Assembly (NCBI RefSeq): GCF_009914755.1
Contig: NC_060932.1
Length of the DNA: 64,000 nt
Source of the DNA: the human T2T-CHM13v2.0 reference genome, Homo sapiens
Direction: 5' to 3' (one strand)
Within the stretch, counting starts at the first letter, position 1. Each line of letters begins with the position of its first letter. The position numbers and the translations under genes are program-made. The notes beneath the pieces are model-generated. The model was given only the letters and a program-made list of their open reading frames with translations, made no database searches and was not told where the DNA came from. Shown in pieces: positions 1-12,168 of the stretch.

Positions 1-390
1 GGCTGGTTTAAAGGGGCTGCACACATGGTGCCTCTGTATCCTCTGCTTCACCTTTTGACATATAAAACATAATTTTAATGCATTTAAATGTTAAGTCTCC
101 AACCCAGAGTGAATATGGGACACATGTAATATCACTGTTGGTTTACTATGCACGTGTGCCCCTGCTTTGTGAATATCGTAGCTCCTCCTGTAAGCTGTGG
201 AATATGTACACTTAGCCAACACATTCTATGTAAATTCCTGTCTCATCTTTTCTTTTTCAAAGTGCTTTCAGTTTCTACCAGAGGCTATGCCTCCCAGCCT
301 GCAGGTTGGCCAGCTTGTAGGACACAACTTCTTGTAAGAAATAAAACTCTCCACTCCAAATTCATAAACCACCTGATTCTTCAGTTGACA
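1..390 (+). mobile_element. ERV1-class LTR (MER4-group-like), cut by the window start
   Basis: AATAAA near 340 followed by an LTR-type end ...cttcagttgaCA at 390; the body resembles MER4-group LTRs; subfamily not resolved. Confidence 0.6.
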
Positions 391-626
391 TTATTAATTC
401 CCTGAACACAAAGTTTCTTTGCCTGGCTAAATTTTACACATTCGGGGGGTAGGTTGCCTTCTCTATATGGTCTCATAACAATATATATCTACCTCTACAA
501 TGTCCCTTAATCTATATTATTATATTCACTGGCATTTTGTTTTATCTCTATTAGTAAAATGTAAGCTGCTTATGGGCATAGCATATGTCCTGTTCACTAT
601 CTTAAGTGCCTTATACAGTAATATAC

Positions 627-1008
627 CACTATGCTTTCATTGTTCCTGCCTAAACTTATGTTGAAGTTTGATCCCCAATTTGGTGGTGTTGGGAGATGGG
701 GCCTAATGCGAGGTGTTGGAATTATGGGGGCAGATTTATCTTAAATAGATTAATGCTCTCCTGAGGGTTTCTCTCTTTTCCTTGCTCTCTCACCATGTGA
801 TTTCTTTGCACATGCCAACTCTCCTTCCACTTTCCACCATGAGTTCTTCCATTTTCTGCCATGAGTTGAATAATCCTGAGGACCTCGCTAGATGCAGATG
901 CCCAATTTTGAACTTTCCAGCTACCAGAATTGTAAGCCAATAATCTTTTTTTATTAGACTACCCAGTGATGTGTATTCTGTTATAACAATACTTAATGGA
1001 CTAAGACA
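627..1008 (+). mobile_element. MaLR solo LTR (MSTD/MLT1A-like) inserted into an L2 3' end
   Basis: gttgaagtttgatcccc...ggggcctaat...ggactaagaCA; near-TSD tatac (622-626) / tacac (1009-1013); L2-tail sequence on both sides (about 550-625 and 1010-1055). Confidence 0.8.
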
Positions 1009-1439
1009 TACACACAGTAGGTATTAAATAGCTAACTTTTGACTGAATTAATGAACACACACACAGACAGACACACAGACTCAAACACATAGTTCACATG
1101 CAATATGCAAAGAAATTATAGAAGTTATAACCAGCTTTGCCTGGAATTCCTTCACTTGTTAGAAAATCATGAGGTCATATGAATCATCTTAATTTATGAA
1201 CAGCTATAAATACAACAACTTTTATTTTTATGCTGGAAGCAAATATACCTCCCAGTAGCATTGACAAAATAGTTACAGTTCTAATATCTGGAGTCACACA
1301 TGCAATGACTAGATCTTAGTCTTCAGGATAACAATGAACAAGTGTAACTACATAACCCTTTGTAATGTAAAAAATGTCTTTTACATATTATTATTTAATT
1401 ACCCCAACAATTTTATGTGATAGACTTTATTCATATCAA

Positions 1440-1999
1440 TATTATCAGTCAGGATCTAATGGGGTGATAGAAATCATGCCAGTTATTTTAAAAGAGAAAA
1501 AATATATATAATTATTGTTAACCAGGTTTTGAATATTTGGAATGAAAAAAAACAGGAGCAAAAATAAAAAGTTGAAATTATTAAAACTTAGAAACTCAGA
1601 GGAGGAAGGTCATAGATCTGGGAATGAGACAGCTGGTGAGGTATACTGGCCAGCTAGTGCTGGTATCTCTAAGGGTAGGTAATGTGGCTTGTTTCATGAG
1701 TGTTAGAAACACTGCAAATTTGAATAAACTGCTCACCTCTTCATGAAGAACCATTGCACCAGTGACACTCACAAGCACAAGAAGCAAAAACAGGCATATA
1801 GAGCAAACAGGAAGGGATACACCTCCATTTTCTCCCCTTTCTTTTGGTCTTCCTCCAGAAGTCTCTATTGGCAGATGATTAAAAAGAAGCCAATTTTCAA
1901 AACAGAAGTTTAGTTGAGCAAGTCATAGCCCCAGCACCACAAAGCAGAGTATAAAATGATGAGTCTGCTGTCCAGAGACAACATGATAATCACTGGCAC
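1440..1999. mobile_element. Ancient LTR element (MLT1-like or other old LTR)
   Basis: Starts tcagtcaggatctaat...gatagaaatcatgccagttatttt and ends ...ataatcactggcaca; strongly diverged. Confidence 0.45.
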
Positions 2000-2329
2000 A
2001 CAAATATGGTGTTTCAGACCATTGGAGATCAGAGAGGTTCACCCCAAATTTTGCAATAAACTTGCAATCAGCAATGTACAACATAGACTTAGAGTTCCAT
2101 ATTTTTTCTACACACAGAGTGCAAAATAATTAGAACATTCCTTATTCACCCTCACATCAAGGAAAGTGTGGTGTGTGTGTGTCTGTGTGTGAGCAAACTA
2201 TGGTTTGTATTTGCTGACAGTATCTAACACTGACTAACAAAGAGAAGTCTAGAAAGTTCCATTACCTTTCTAAGCCTCAATTTCGGCATCTGCAGATGCA
2301 CATAATGGGTTTACTATTGAGTAAGATTG

Positions 2330-2865
2330 TTTAGTGAATAAATATTGAGTATCCACAATATGTAGGACACTGTGCTATGTGCTATGAATAAAATGATAAA
2401 AAGAACAATCAAGGCCACCCTCTCCAGAGGTTAGAATCTTGTAGGTGCAGCAGGCATTAATTAACCACTCAAAGGACATGGAATAAATAGAGTATGTGAC
2501 TGCAACTGAGATAATTGCTGTGGTGGAAAATCCTAGGCAAAAAGAATCATGCAGAGCAAAGGAAACTGATTTGTTGGGAGGTCAAGGAAAACTTCCTGGG
2601 GAAGGAAAGTTTGAAGTAAAATCGGTAGAGTAAGTATGAGGTGCCTAGATGAAAGGGTTGGGGAAAATGCAGGGGGGTGGGGGTGGGAGACTTCCATGTG
2701 GAAGGAGCAGCAAAATTCCTGTGGAAGAGAAAAAATGGCTCATTCAAGGACCTGAAAGAGGAACCATGGGGCTGGGGTCATGCCTTGGGAGCAAGTGAGT
2801 GATAAAGAGAGGAGAATGGTACAAGAGGAGCCTGGAGAGAGAAGCAGCAGTCAGAACCTTGAGTT
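2330..2865 (-). mobile_element. L2 LINE 3' fragment, flanked by MIR-like sequence
   Basis: aaatattgagtatccacaatatgtaggacactgtgctatg matches the reverse complement of the L2 3' end, followed by typical purine-rich L2 body. Confidence 0.7.
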
Positions 2866-3796
2866 AATAAAGGTGAGAGCTTTGTAAACTGCTAAGTGCT
2901 AATAAAATGTCTATATGATTATGGCTCCTGGGATAAAAAATACTGGAATTTTTACTCTTTGCCATTTAGAAAGTGGGTTACTGGAACCAGAAGGAAAGAT
3001 TGAAACTGATATCAGAATTATGAAAATTTTCAAAATCCATGTGTATCTCCCCCAAATCAAAGTTGCTTCCCACCCTGTGCATTAAGGGAGCCAAGGCTGC
3101 GCAGAGGGAAAAGAACACCAACACCTTACTGTATATGTACTTTCATCAGTATTTAAAATGTAATAATATTGTGAGCTTAAAAGATTTGATTGCTTGATCA
3201 CAGCAGCTTGTTAATTAAAGGTGCAAAGAGGAGAATGATTAGAGAGGGGAAGTTTGCACCTGAGGGAGAAATAGGATTAGTCTGCCTGAGAAATCAGATT
3301 AGCGTTCCTGGCAGCAGGCCAATTGCAAAGAAAGAGTACAGAAGCTGCAGAGAAATGAAATCTGTGTCTTTCCAAGCCCTCCGTGGGAGGACAGGCCTCC
3401 CCTCTACATGTCCAAAAGCAGGAAAAAACAAAGTCTTGCAGACAGCTCACCCCTGACATTGACTTGCTTCCCCAATATTAAATGTGTGTCTTGCTAATTG
3501 CTCTTGGTGGAGATAACTGTGTTTGGAATTTATTTGGCTCTGAAGTATGTGAGGTTGTGGAATCGCTGACATCACATGATTAATGAGGAAGGTTGGTTTC
3601 CACATCCTCTGTTGCAGAGATTGGAGCCTCATCTCATCGTTAGGGCCCCCTGGGTCTGCCTCACATCACAGTGGCCTGTGTTTCATTAAACGGAGCAGCT
3701 TGGTTTCCAGAGGGGTGATTAGGAGAGAGATGAAAAGGTGGGACAGCCTGGGAAGTCCGGAGTGCAATGATAAAATATAACGTGTGTACAATAGCC

Positions 3797-4035
3797 AAGA
3801 GGCAGTGTGGTAAAATGAAAAAGTGGGGCTTGGAAGCCAAACACGCCTGAGTTAGAACCTTGCCTTCTACAGGTAGAAGTCCTGTGACCTTGGGCAAATT
3901 AGCTTAACCTCTTTGAGCCTCAGATTGCCTATTGTAAAATGAGAATCATAAAACCTACCTTGAGGGGTCTCTAGAGAATTTTTAGAAAAAAAAGGGCAAG
4001 CCATTCCTGGTGTGGTGCTCTTGTTCAATAAGAAA
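3797..4035 (+). mobile_element. MIR SINE
   Basis: Core ctgtgaccttgggcaaattagcttaacctctttgagcctcag...tgtaaaatgagaat. Confidence 0.85.
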
Positions 4036-4779
4036 AAGCTGTTGTTATCATAACAAAGTGTTTTCCCACATAGTCTTTAACCCTGCCTGAGACTGGCCCA
4101 GAAATCCCAGTCACGAAGGAATTTATAATCCTTGTTGAAATACTCTAACCACACAGTGGGCATTCTGCCACCAGTGTGTTCAGTAGGGCCACCTCCCAGA
4201 AAGACAGGGGACAGTCTCGGTTTCAGCTTTGGTGATTTCATTCAATATTCCGTTATCTCAGCCGTCAGTTGACACCCTCTGGACTCAGTCATTCACCTCC
4301 TAAGTCAATCCCCACTCCCCACACCGGTACCCAGCTTACCGCTCAGGCGTGGTGCATACTACTTGGCCCAGCGTGGCTCTTCAGCAAATGCAGTCGGCAC
4401 ATACACATTTTTTATACCATTTGCCCATGACCTTGTTCTTTTTTCTCCCTACACAGAATATTGGATCAAGAGCATACCTTGCCTTCCTTTCCCAGTTACT
4501 TCACTGTTAATGTTCTTATAACTCTCAGAAAGTCACACACAGATTCTGTGAAGAAGGTACAATTGTCTATTTTTGCCTTTCTCAATTCATTGTCAGAAAA
4601 AGCTGAAGCTCAGCCATGGCAAATCGCTTTCCTATGGCCAATGAGCTTATAAATAGTGATTGAGAGTTAAGTTTCAATACCTGAAACTACTTTAATGTGA
4701 TGATTCCAGGATGCCTATACCATGGACTCCAAAAAGACTAATGCCACTGCTCACATCTTCATTGATCTGCTATCATTCA

Positions 4780-5700
4780 TTCATTCAGTAATTCAGGCCA
4801 ATAGTTAATTTGATTTCTTCTTTTCTCTTGTTCCTTACACCTGAACCATAAACCAACTTTGTCATTTCTACCTTCCCAATTGTGTGTATCCCAAAGTCAA
4901 ACCCTTTTTATCACTTCCATCTCTACCTGGTCCCCATCACCTGCCACCTGGCTATAGCATTAACCAGTTAAGGGCCTAATGCCTCCCACTCCCACATGGC
5001 CCCTTATTGTCTATTCTGCAGAGTACACAAGGAAATTTGATGTTGCCAAATGTCTTAGTCCATTCTCCCACTGCCATAAAGAAATACCTGAGACTGGGTA
5101 AGTTATAAAATAAAGAGGTGTACTTGGCTCACGGTTCCACAAGTTGAACGGAAAGCATGGCTGGGGAGGCCTCAGGAAACTTACAATCGTGGTAGAAGGC
5201 AAAGGGTCGACAGGTACCTCTTACAAGCCTGGAGCAGGAGAAAGAGAGAGGGAGAAAGAAATGCTACACACTTTTAAACAACCAGGTCTTATGATAACTC
5301 TATCACTAGAACAGCAAAGGGAAATCCACCCCCATGATCCAATCACCTCTCACCATACCCCACTTCCAACACTGGGATTACACCTTGACTTGAGATTTGG
5401 GTGAAGACACAGATCCAAACTATATTACTAAATATTTGCCCAGAAGACTCAGTGGCTTCTTATGGTACTTGGAATAAACCCCAAAGTTCATATCACAGTC
5501 TATAAATGCTTCTATGATCTGGCCCCTGCCTCCCTTTCTCTCCACCTTCACATGGCCTTTCTTGCTGGCTCTACCCAAGCCTTATACTGGCCGCCTTGCT
5601 GTTCTATAAGCATTTTGTCTCTTTTAGTCATCACTGTATCTGTACTACTTACAGCATTGGCTGATGAGAAGTGCTCAATAACTCAATAAATCTTGTATTA
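4780..5700 (+). mobile_element. L2 LINE fragments interrupted by an MST LTR
   Basis: Pyrimidine-rich L2 body (cttggaataaaccccaaag...atgatctggcccctgcc) on both sides of the MST; ends in aagtgctcaataa. Confidence 0.6.
5051..5427 (-). mobile_element. MSTA-type MaLR solo LTR
   Basis: tgtcttagtccattctc...aaatacctgagactgggtaa...ggggaggcctcaggaaacttacaatc...gacacagatccaaactatatta; near-TSD ccaaa/ctaaa. Confidence 0.9.
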
Positions 5701-5849
5701 GTACATTTGTAAAATAATATTAAAATGAATAAAGTAAGATTTCTGCCCATCAATTTTCAAGGAATTTACAGTCAGGTGGCGCAAGTAGGATACAACAAAT
5801 TAAAATACAGCAATGTACACCGTGATACTATCTATAGAGGTTACCAGAT

Positions 5850-6090
5850 GAAGGGCATAGAGCCCATGGTGGTCAAAAGAAAACCCTGGAGTGTGACACA
5901 TGAGTCACAACTGCAATATTTACTACATGTTCAAGCTTTGGCAAGATGGTAAACCTCTGAGTAACTATATTTTGTAATCAGAAAATAAAATAGTACTTTC
6001 ATTATTGCGTGGTTTAGAGGATTAAATTAGTTAATGAAGCACTAAGAACAGTGACTGTCACATAGTGAATACTTGATAGAATTAACTAGA
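5850..6090 (+). mobile_element. MIR SINE
   Basis: ctttggcaagatggtaaacctctgag...gaggattaaattagttaatgaagcactaagaacagtgactgtcacatagtga. Confidence 0.65.
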
Positions 6091-6688
6091 AGTACTAGTT
6101 GCAGTGGGAGAAGTAAAATTATTATTATCCTCAAAGCATATGCCAGGGAACAGGGTCTGAGATTTCATAAAAATGAGTTTAAAGGTTTTGATCATCACTA
6201 ACATCAGGTGCTCTCATAGCCTATGTCTGCCAACCGGGCCAGAGTATATGACAAAGAAAGCTGCTAAAAGACCCACATATTCATAGCCCATTGGACATCT
6301 GTTTCCCACATGCAGTGCTTCCTGTTTTGCAGGCTTCAGGCTGGTTGCCAGAGTTAGGGCAGCCTGGGGCGGTGGAGGAGTGGGGGGCTGTCCCAGGAAA
6401 TGCAACTCTATAAGGGCAAAGCTTGATAAGAGAGTGAAAAAAGCCTCCATCCCCCTTTCTGACCCACCTTTCTCTCTAGCCACCCATACGATTCCTACAT
6501 GTAAGAATCCAAACAGAAAGTGAATGCACAGGGTCAGTTTCTTTACATTAACTAGTGAAAATGACCCTGCCAACCTTGCAGGGTGATTATGAGAATCTCA
6601 CTAAAGCTTGCTAACTCTAATGTTTTAAAAACGAGGCTGCTGTGGAGGAGGATGAGTGTCTGTTATGGAGAAATCATGAAAAGTAGTG

Positions 6689-7400
6689 CTGTGTAATAAA
6701 TAATTTGATTGGCTCTTTTCCCTGTTTTCTCAAAGGGAGACTAAATCCTTGGAATTTCCTGAGTAATAAGAGCTGTTTTGTTATTCATGAGTACTGTGAG
6801 CCACACCTGAATTTATGATAAGAGGATGAATCAGGATAAGAACCTACCATTAAAAAGACTAACCATGCCATTAGAGGATTAGGGATTTGACCCAGTCTAA
6901 CTGCCATAGAGGGTAGGACAACTGGAGAATTAGTTCAATTGTATGACAGGTTATACAACCAAGTATGCCTATTTAATGAAACCCCAATAAAACTCTGGAT
7001 ACTAAGACTTAGTGGAGCTTCTTGGCTGGTGAACACATTGATATGCTAGCAGGGTGATGCAAACTAATTCCATGGGGAGAGGGCACAGAAGCTCTGTATT
7101 CAGGACCCTCTCAGACCCCACTCTATATACCTCTTCATTTGGTTCATCCTGATTTGTATCCTTTACAGTAATCTAATCATAAGTATAGCACTTTCCATTC
7201 TAGTGGGTTACTGTACCAGTGTGAACACCCTGGATTTATGTTTCGTTGTCCTGATGATCCTACTTGTGGTTCACATGTAAAGTGGGGGCAGTCTCATTGG
7301 GGACTGCGCCTTTATACCTGTAAATATGAGGCTAACTCAGGGTAGCTAGCATCCAAATTCAATTCCAATACACAAGTTAGTATCAGAGTAAGTTGGAAGA
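6689..7400 (+). mobile_element. MER21 (MER21C-like) LTR
   Basis: aaatccttggaatttcctgagtaataagag...gttattcatgag; aatgaaaccccaataaaactctgga; caggaccctctcagacc...ctcttcatttgg. Confidence 0.8.
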
Positions 7401-7409
7401 GCACCGCTT

Positions 7410-7625
7410 TCAAGGTAGTCTACACTGGCCAAAACCTGTATACTTGTTTGCTGTGTGGACTTGCACCAATTATTTACCCTATCTGAGTCTCAGTTCTACA
7501 ACTGGTCAGCCTGGAATAATGATGCCTACTTGCTGAGCTGTGGGCCATAGGAAAGAACATAAGGTAACAAACATAAAGTACTATACACAGTGCACTGAGT
7601 ATAATAAATGCTTAATAAATGTTAC
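7410..7625 (+). mobile_element. MIR SINE
   Basis: ctgtgtggacttgcaccaattatttaccctatctgagtctcagtt...aaatgcttaataaatgtta. Confidence 0.6.
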
Positions 7626-9057
7626 TTTTGGTTATGACCATTGGATCTATCACACTGTATTACTCCAAGTTTCCATCACTGTGCTTACATCTTTGTGGCT
7701 ACGTAAGAGATCAGTTGAGGGCCTAAGACATTAGGCAGTTTGCCATTGGGGCACAGAGCCCATCACTGCTGTTGCTAGTGGTGGCCTTTAATATAAATGG
7801 GTCAATGGGAAGATACACAGAGTTAAGACAGAAACAGTGGCAGACACAGTTTGGCTTTGGCCTTGGTGTTTTCTGTGAGGCAGGGTCAGCAGCATCCTCT
7901 CGTCTCTTCTACAGTAGCTTGCTCTGGCATCAGAAAACAAGCAAAACAAAAGGAGACAAAATGTTCTTTTTATTTTTTTTTTGTACACTCAATAGTTTTA
8001 ACAAAGTTAAACTTCTTTTATCTTCATCTCTTCATGTGGCGAGTTGATGCAAAGACTTGATGCAACGATGTATTGCAAAAGGGCTTAGATTAAATGTGAA
8101 ACCAGATCAGTTTCAATAACAATGTCAGTTATTATTATTGTAGGCTGATGCAGTGACCTGAATTTTTATTCTATAATCAGATACTAAAAGTCCAGATTAG
8201 TGGACAATGAGGTACTAAGACCCAGTTGGTGGGAAGACACCATTCCCCATTTCACTGCCCTTAGCACAGTTTCTGGCACATTGCAGGAACTGAATAAAAA
8301 TTATGAATTGTTAATATATTTTAATCTTGCAAATGCACAGCTCAAATAGACTGCATAAATACCCACAATGATACCCTGAAAATAATACAATTTATTCTGT
8401 TTCTACGGGCCTTGAGAGGTTTTATGTTAGTACTGACAATTATAATATAAATCATATTTATCTGTCACATTATGAGCTATTAACAACATTTCTTGGAAGA
8501 AAATGAAAACTTCAGAAAATATGAATAAGCCTGCTTTCCATTTTTTCAGATTGACAGCAGGAATTTTACGCCTGGTTCTGTTCATTCATCTTGGGCTTAT
8601 TACATTTATTTCCTAAGGGAAAGAGACCTAAAAAATATCAGGTTTCCTCAATACTATACTTTCCTACATTTCTTATGAGTCCAGTGAGAAACTAACTGGG
8701 GAAAGATCTCTTATTGGAAACAAGGTAATATGTACCTTTAATACTGCTTCATGGGAAAAAAATATACAAGCATTATTCATTCAGTCTCCTTCCAAGTGAC
8801 ATGCGCTGAGAGATAAGACTAAATGTAGATTTGTATGATGATAATAATAATTATTATACTGTTTTTCTGTCATCGTTGTGTTATACTAACAGAATAGGGG
8901 CAATCGTCCGTCTTATGTTAAAAGAAAACACAAAATGGAAGAGCAGAAAGAAAGAAGGACTTGGAGAATAAAAACTTGGCCTAAGGCCCTGATATTTTAA
9001 CTCTTTTAGTCAATATTGAATAATCTATACAATAGGTAACTATGATAGACAAATAGT

Positions 9058-9810
9058 TTAAATACAACCATTATGGAAAGCAATATGGGGGTTCCTCAGA
9101 AAACTAAAAATAGAACTACTTTCTAATCCTGCAGTCCTACTGGGTATGTATCCAAAGGAAGTAAAATTAACATGTTTAAGAGGGTTCTGGACTCCCCTGT
9201 TCATTATTCCATATTCACAATAGCTAAGATATGGCAGCAACCTCAATGTTCACCATTAGATGAATGAATAAACAAAATGTGATGTATTGACACAATGGAA
9301 TACTATTCAGCTTTAAAACGACAGGGGGGATCCTGTTATTTGTGACATCATAGATCAACCTGGAGGACGTTGTACTAAGTGAAATAAGACAGTCACAGAA
9401 AGACAAATACCACATGATCTCACTTTTCTGTGGAATTTTAAAGAGTTGAGCTCATAGAAGTACAGAGTAAAATACTCGTTACTAGAGGCTGCATGAGACA
9501 GGTGGAAGGAGAAAAGGGAGATGTTGATCCAAGGGTACAAAGGTTTAGTTAAACAGGAGAAATAAGTTTTATCTATCTGTTTCACAGAATAGTGACTATG
9601 ACAAATAATGCATTGTATATGTCTAATTGCCAAAAGAGTCGATTTTAAATGTTTTACCACAAAAGAATGTATGAGGTGATCAATTTATTAATCACACTGA
9701 TGTAACCATTCCACATTGTAAGTATATATTAAAGTATTGCATTGTGTCTCATAAACATATATAATTGTTATCTGTCAATTACAATTTAAATTTAAAAAAT
9801 AAAAATAAAT
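9058..9810 (+). mobile_element. L1MA-type LINE-1, 5'-truncated (ORF2 end plus 3' UTR)
   Basis: atggaaagcaatatgggggttcctcagaaaactaaaaatagaactac...agacaaataccacatgatctcac...A-rich tail. Confidence 0.9.
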
Positions 9811-9959
9811 ACATAAGTTTATATATGCGAAAATACGTTTTTTGAACCAAAGTAACCTGTATTACTAATGCACCAGTGGGTGGGAATGATTTCCCCAGCA
9901 TCTCATAGGTTCATAAGATTGTTATTTCTTATTGACTCCTTTAGCACTACGTAATGTCT

Positions 9960-10635
9960 CCTTTTTTTTGTTTTATCATTTTCCTTCTTCAAAAACATGG
10001 TTTGTGTGAAATTAATATAGCTACTATAGCTTTATTTTGATTAATGTTAGCCTGGTATATCTTTATTCTTCTCTTTACTTTTAATCAATCTGTGTGTTTG
10101 TAGTTAAAGTGGGATTCTTTTAGACAACATATTGGTGTCATTTGTTTATTTCATCTACTCTGACAATGCCTGTTTTTAATCAATATCATTTCCAAATAAA
10201 ATGAGTATTGATATAATTGGATTAATATCTTCTATATTTGTAATGTTTTCCATTTATTAAATGTGTATTTTGGCCCTCCCCTTTTTCTGATTTCTATGAT
10301 TTTGATTGAGCATTTCTTACCATTTAGTTTTATCTTAGCATAGATAAGCCATACTACTTAAAAAATGTTAGGTGTTACCCTGAAGTTTTCAATGTACATA
10401 TTTTACTAATTTAATTTTACCATCAAATAACACTGTACCACTTCACATTAGTGAAGTGCCATGAAAGAGAACAGTTTCAGTGCCTCCCTCCCATATCTTA
10501 TGACGCTGCTACCATTTATTTTACTTACCTGTATGCTGAAATCACCCAATGCAATCATGTTATTATTACTTTAAAAAAAGTATCTTTTAGTTATATTTAT
10601 TGGACAAATTAAATACTTTGTGCCTTCATTTTTTA
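9960..10635 (-). mobile_element. Old L1 (L1MC/MD-like), part 1, interrupted by a younger L1MA
   Basis: T-rich antisense L1 (aattaatatagctactatagctttattttgattaatgttagc; ttaaagtgggattcttttagacaacatat); appears to resume at about 14430. Confidence 0.7.
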
Positions 10636-10654
10636 ATTTTAAGTCAATGTATAC

Positions 10655-11123
10655 TTCTTTTTTAATTTTTGTGGATACATAGTAGATGTATATATTAGTG
10701 AAATACATGAGAAATTTTGATATAGGCATACAATGCATAATTACCACATCAGGGTAAATGGCATACCCATCACCTGAAGCATTTATCCTTTCTTTATGTT
10801 ACAAAAAAAAATCCAATTACACTGTTTAAGTTGTTTAAAATTTATAATAAATTATTGTTTACTCTAGTCACCCTGTTGTACTGCCCAATACTATATCTTA
10901 TTCATTCTACTTTCTTTTGTACCCATTTACCAACCCAGCCTCTGGTAACCATTCTTCTGCCCTCTATCTCCGTAAGTATAATTGTTTTAATTTTTAGCTC
11001 CCATAAATAAGTGAGAACATGCAATGATTGCTTTTCTGTGCCTGGCTTATGTTGCTTCACACAGTGATCCCCAGTTCCATCTGTGTTGTTGCAAATGGCA
11101 GGACCTTATTCTCTTTTATGGCT
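10655..11123 (-). mobile_element. L1MA1-3-like LINE-1 3' end
   Basis: tttaatttttgtggatacatagtag...gggtaaatggcatacccatcacc...ataagtgagaacatgc...gttgttgcaaatggcagg. Confidence 0.9.
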
Positions 11124-12168
11124 CAGATGGAGATGGGGAACTTGTTGGGAACTGGAGCAAAGGTCACTCTTGCTATGCAAAGAGACTGGTGGCATTTTGC
11201 CCCTGTCCTAGAGATCTGTGGAACTTTGAACTTGAGAGAGATAACGTAGGGTATGTGGCAGAAGAAATTTCTAAGCAGCAAAGTGTTCAAGAGGAAGCAG
11301 AGCATAAATGTTTGAAAAATGTATAGCCTAACAATGCAGTAGAAAAGAAAAATCCATTTTCTGGGGAGAAATTTAAGCTGCCCACAGAAATTTGCACAAG
11401 TAATGAGGAGCCAATGTTAATCACCAAGACAACAGGCAAAATGTCTCCAGGGCATATCAGAGATCTTCAAGGCAGCTTCTCCCATCATAGGCCCAGAGGC
11501 CTAGGAGAAAGAAAATAGTTTTGTGGGCAAGGCCCAAGGACTCTCTGCTGTGTGTAGCCTAGGGACTTGGTGCCCTGCATCCCAGCTGCTCCAGCCATGG
11601 CTAAAATGGGCCAGGATACAGCTTAGTCCTGGCTTCAGAGGGTGTAAGACCCAAGCCTTGGCAACTTCCATGTGGTGTTGAGCCTCAGGGTGCACAGAAA
11701 TCAAGAATTGACATTTGGGAACCTCTGCCTAGATTTCAGAGGATGTATAAAATGCCTGAACGTCCAGGCAGAGGTTTGCTGCAGGTGCAGGGCCCTCAGG
11801 GAGAACCTTGGCTAGGCCAGTGCAGAAGGAAAATGTTGGGTTGGAGCTACCACACAAAGTTCCCACTGGGGCACTTCCTAGTGGAGCTGTGAGAAGAGGG
11901 CCACCATCCTTCAGACCTCAGAATGGTAGATTCACCAACAGCTTGCACTATGCACCTGAAAAAGCTGCAGACACTCAATGCCAGCCCATGAAAACAGCCG
12001 GGAGGGAGGCTTGACCCTGCAAAGTCACAGGGTGGAGCTGCCCAAGGCTATGGGAGCCCACCTCTTGCATCGGAGTGACCTGGATGTGAGACATGGAGTC
12101 AAAGGAGATTATTTTGGAGCTTTAAGATTTGACTGCCCTGCTACATGTCAGACTTGCATGGGGCCTGT
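11122..12168 (+). mobile_element. THE1/MST internal (MaLR-int) segment lacking both LTRs
   Basis: ctcagatggagatggggaacttgttgggaactggagcaaagg...ctagagatctgtggaactttgaacttgagagag...gacctggatgtgagacatggagtcaaaggaga. Confidence 0.9.
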
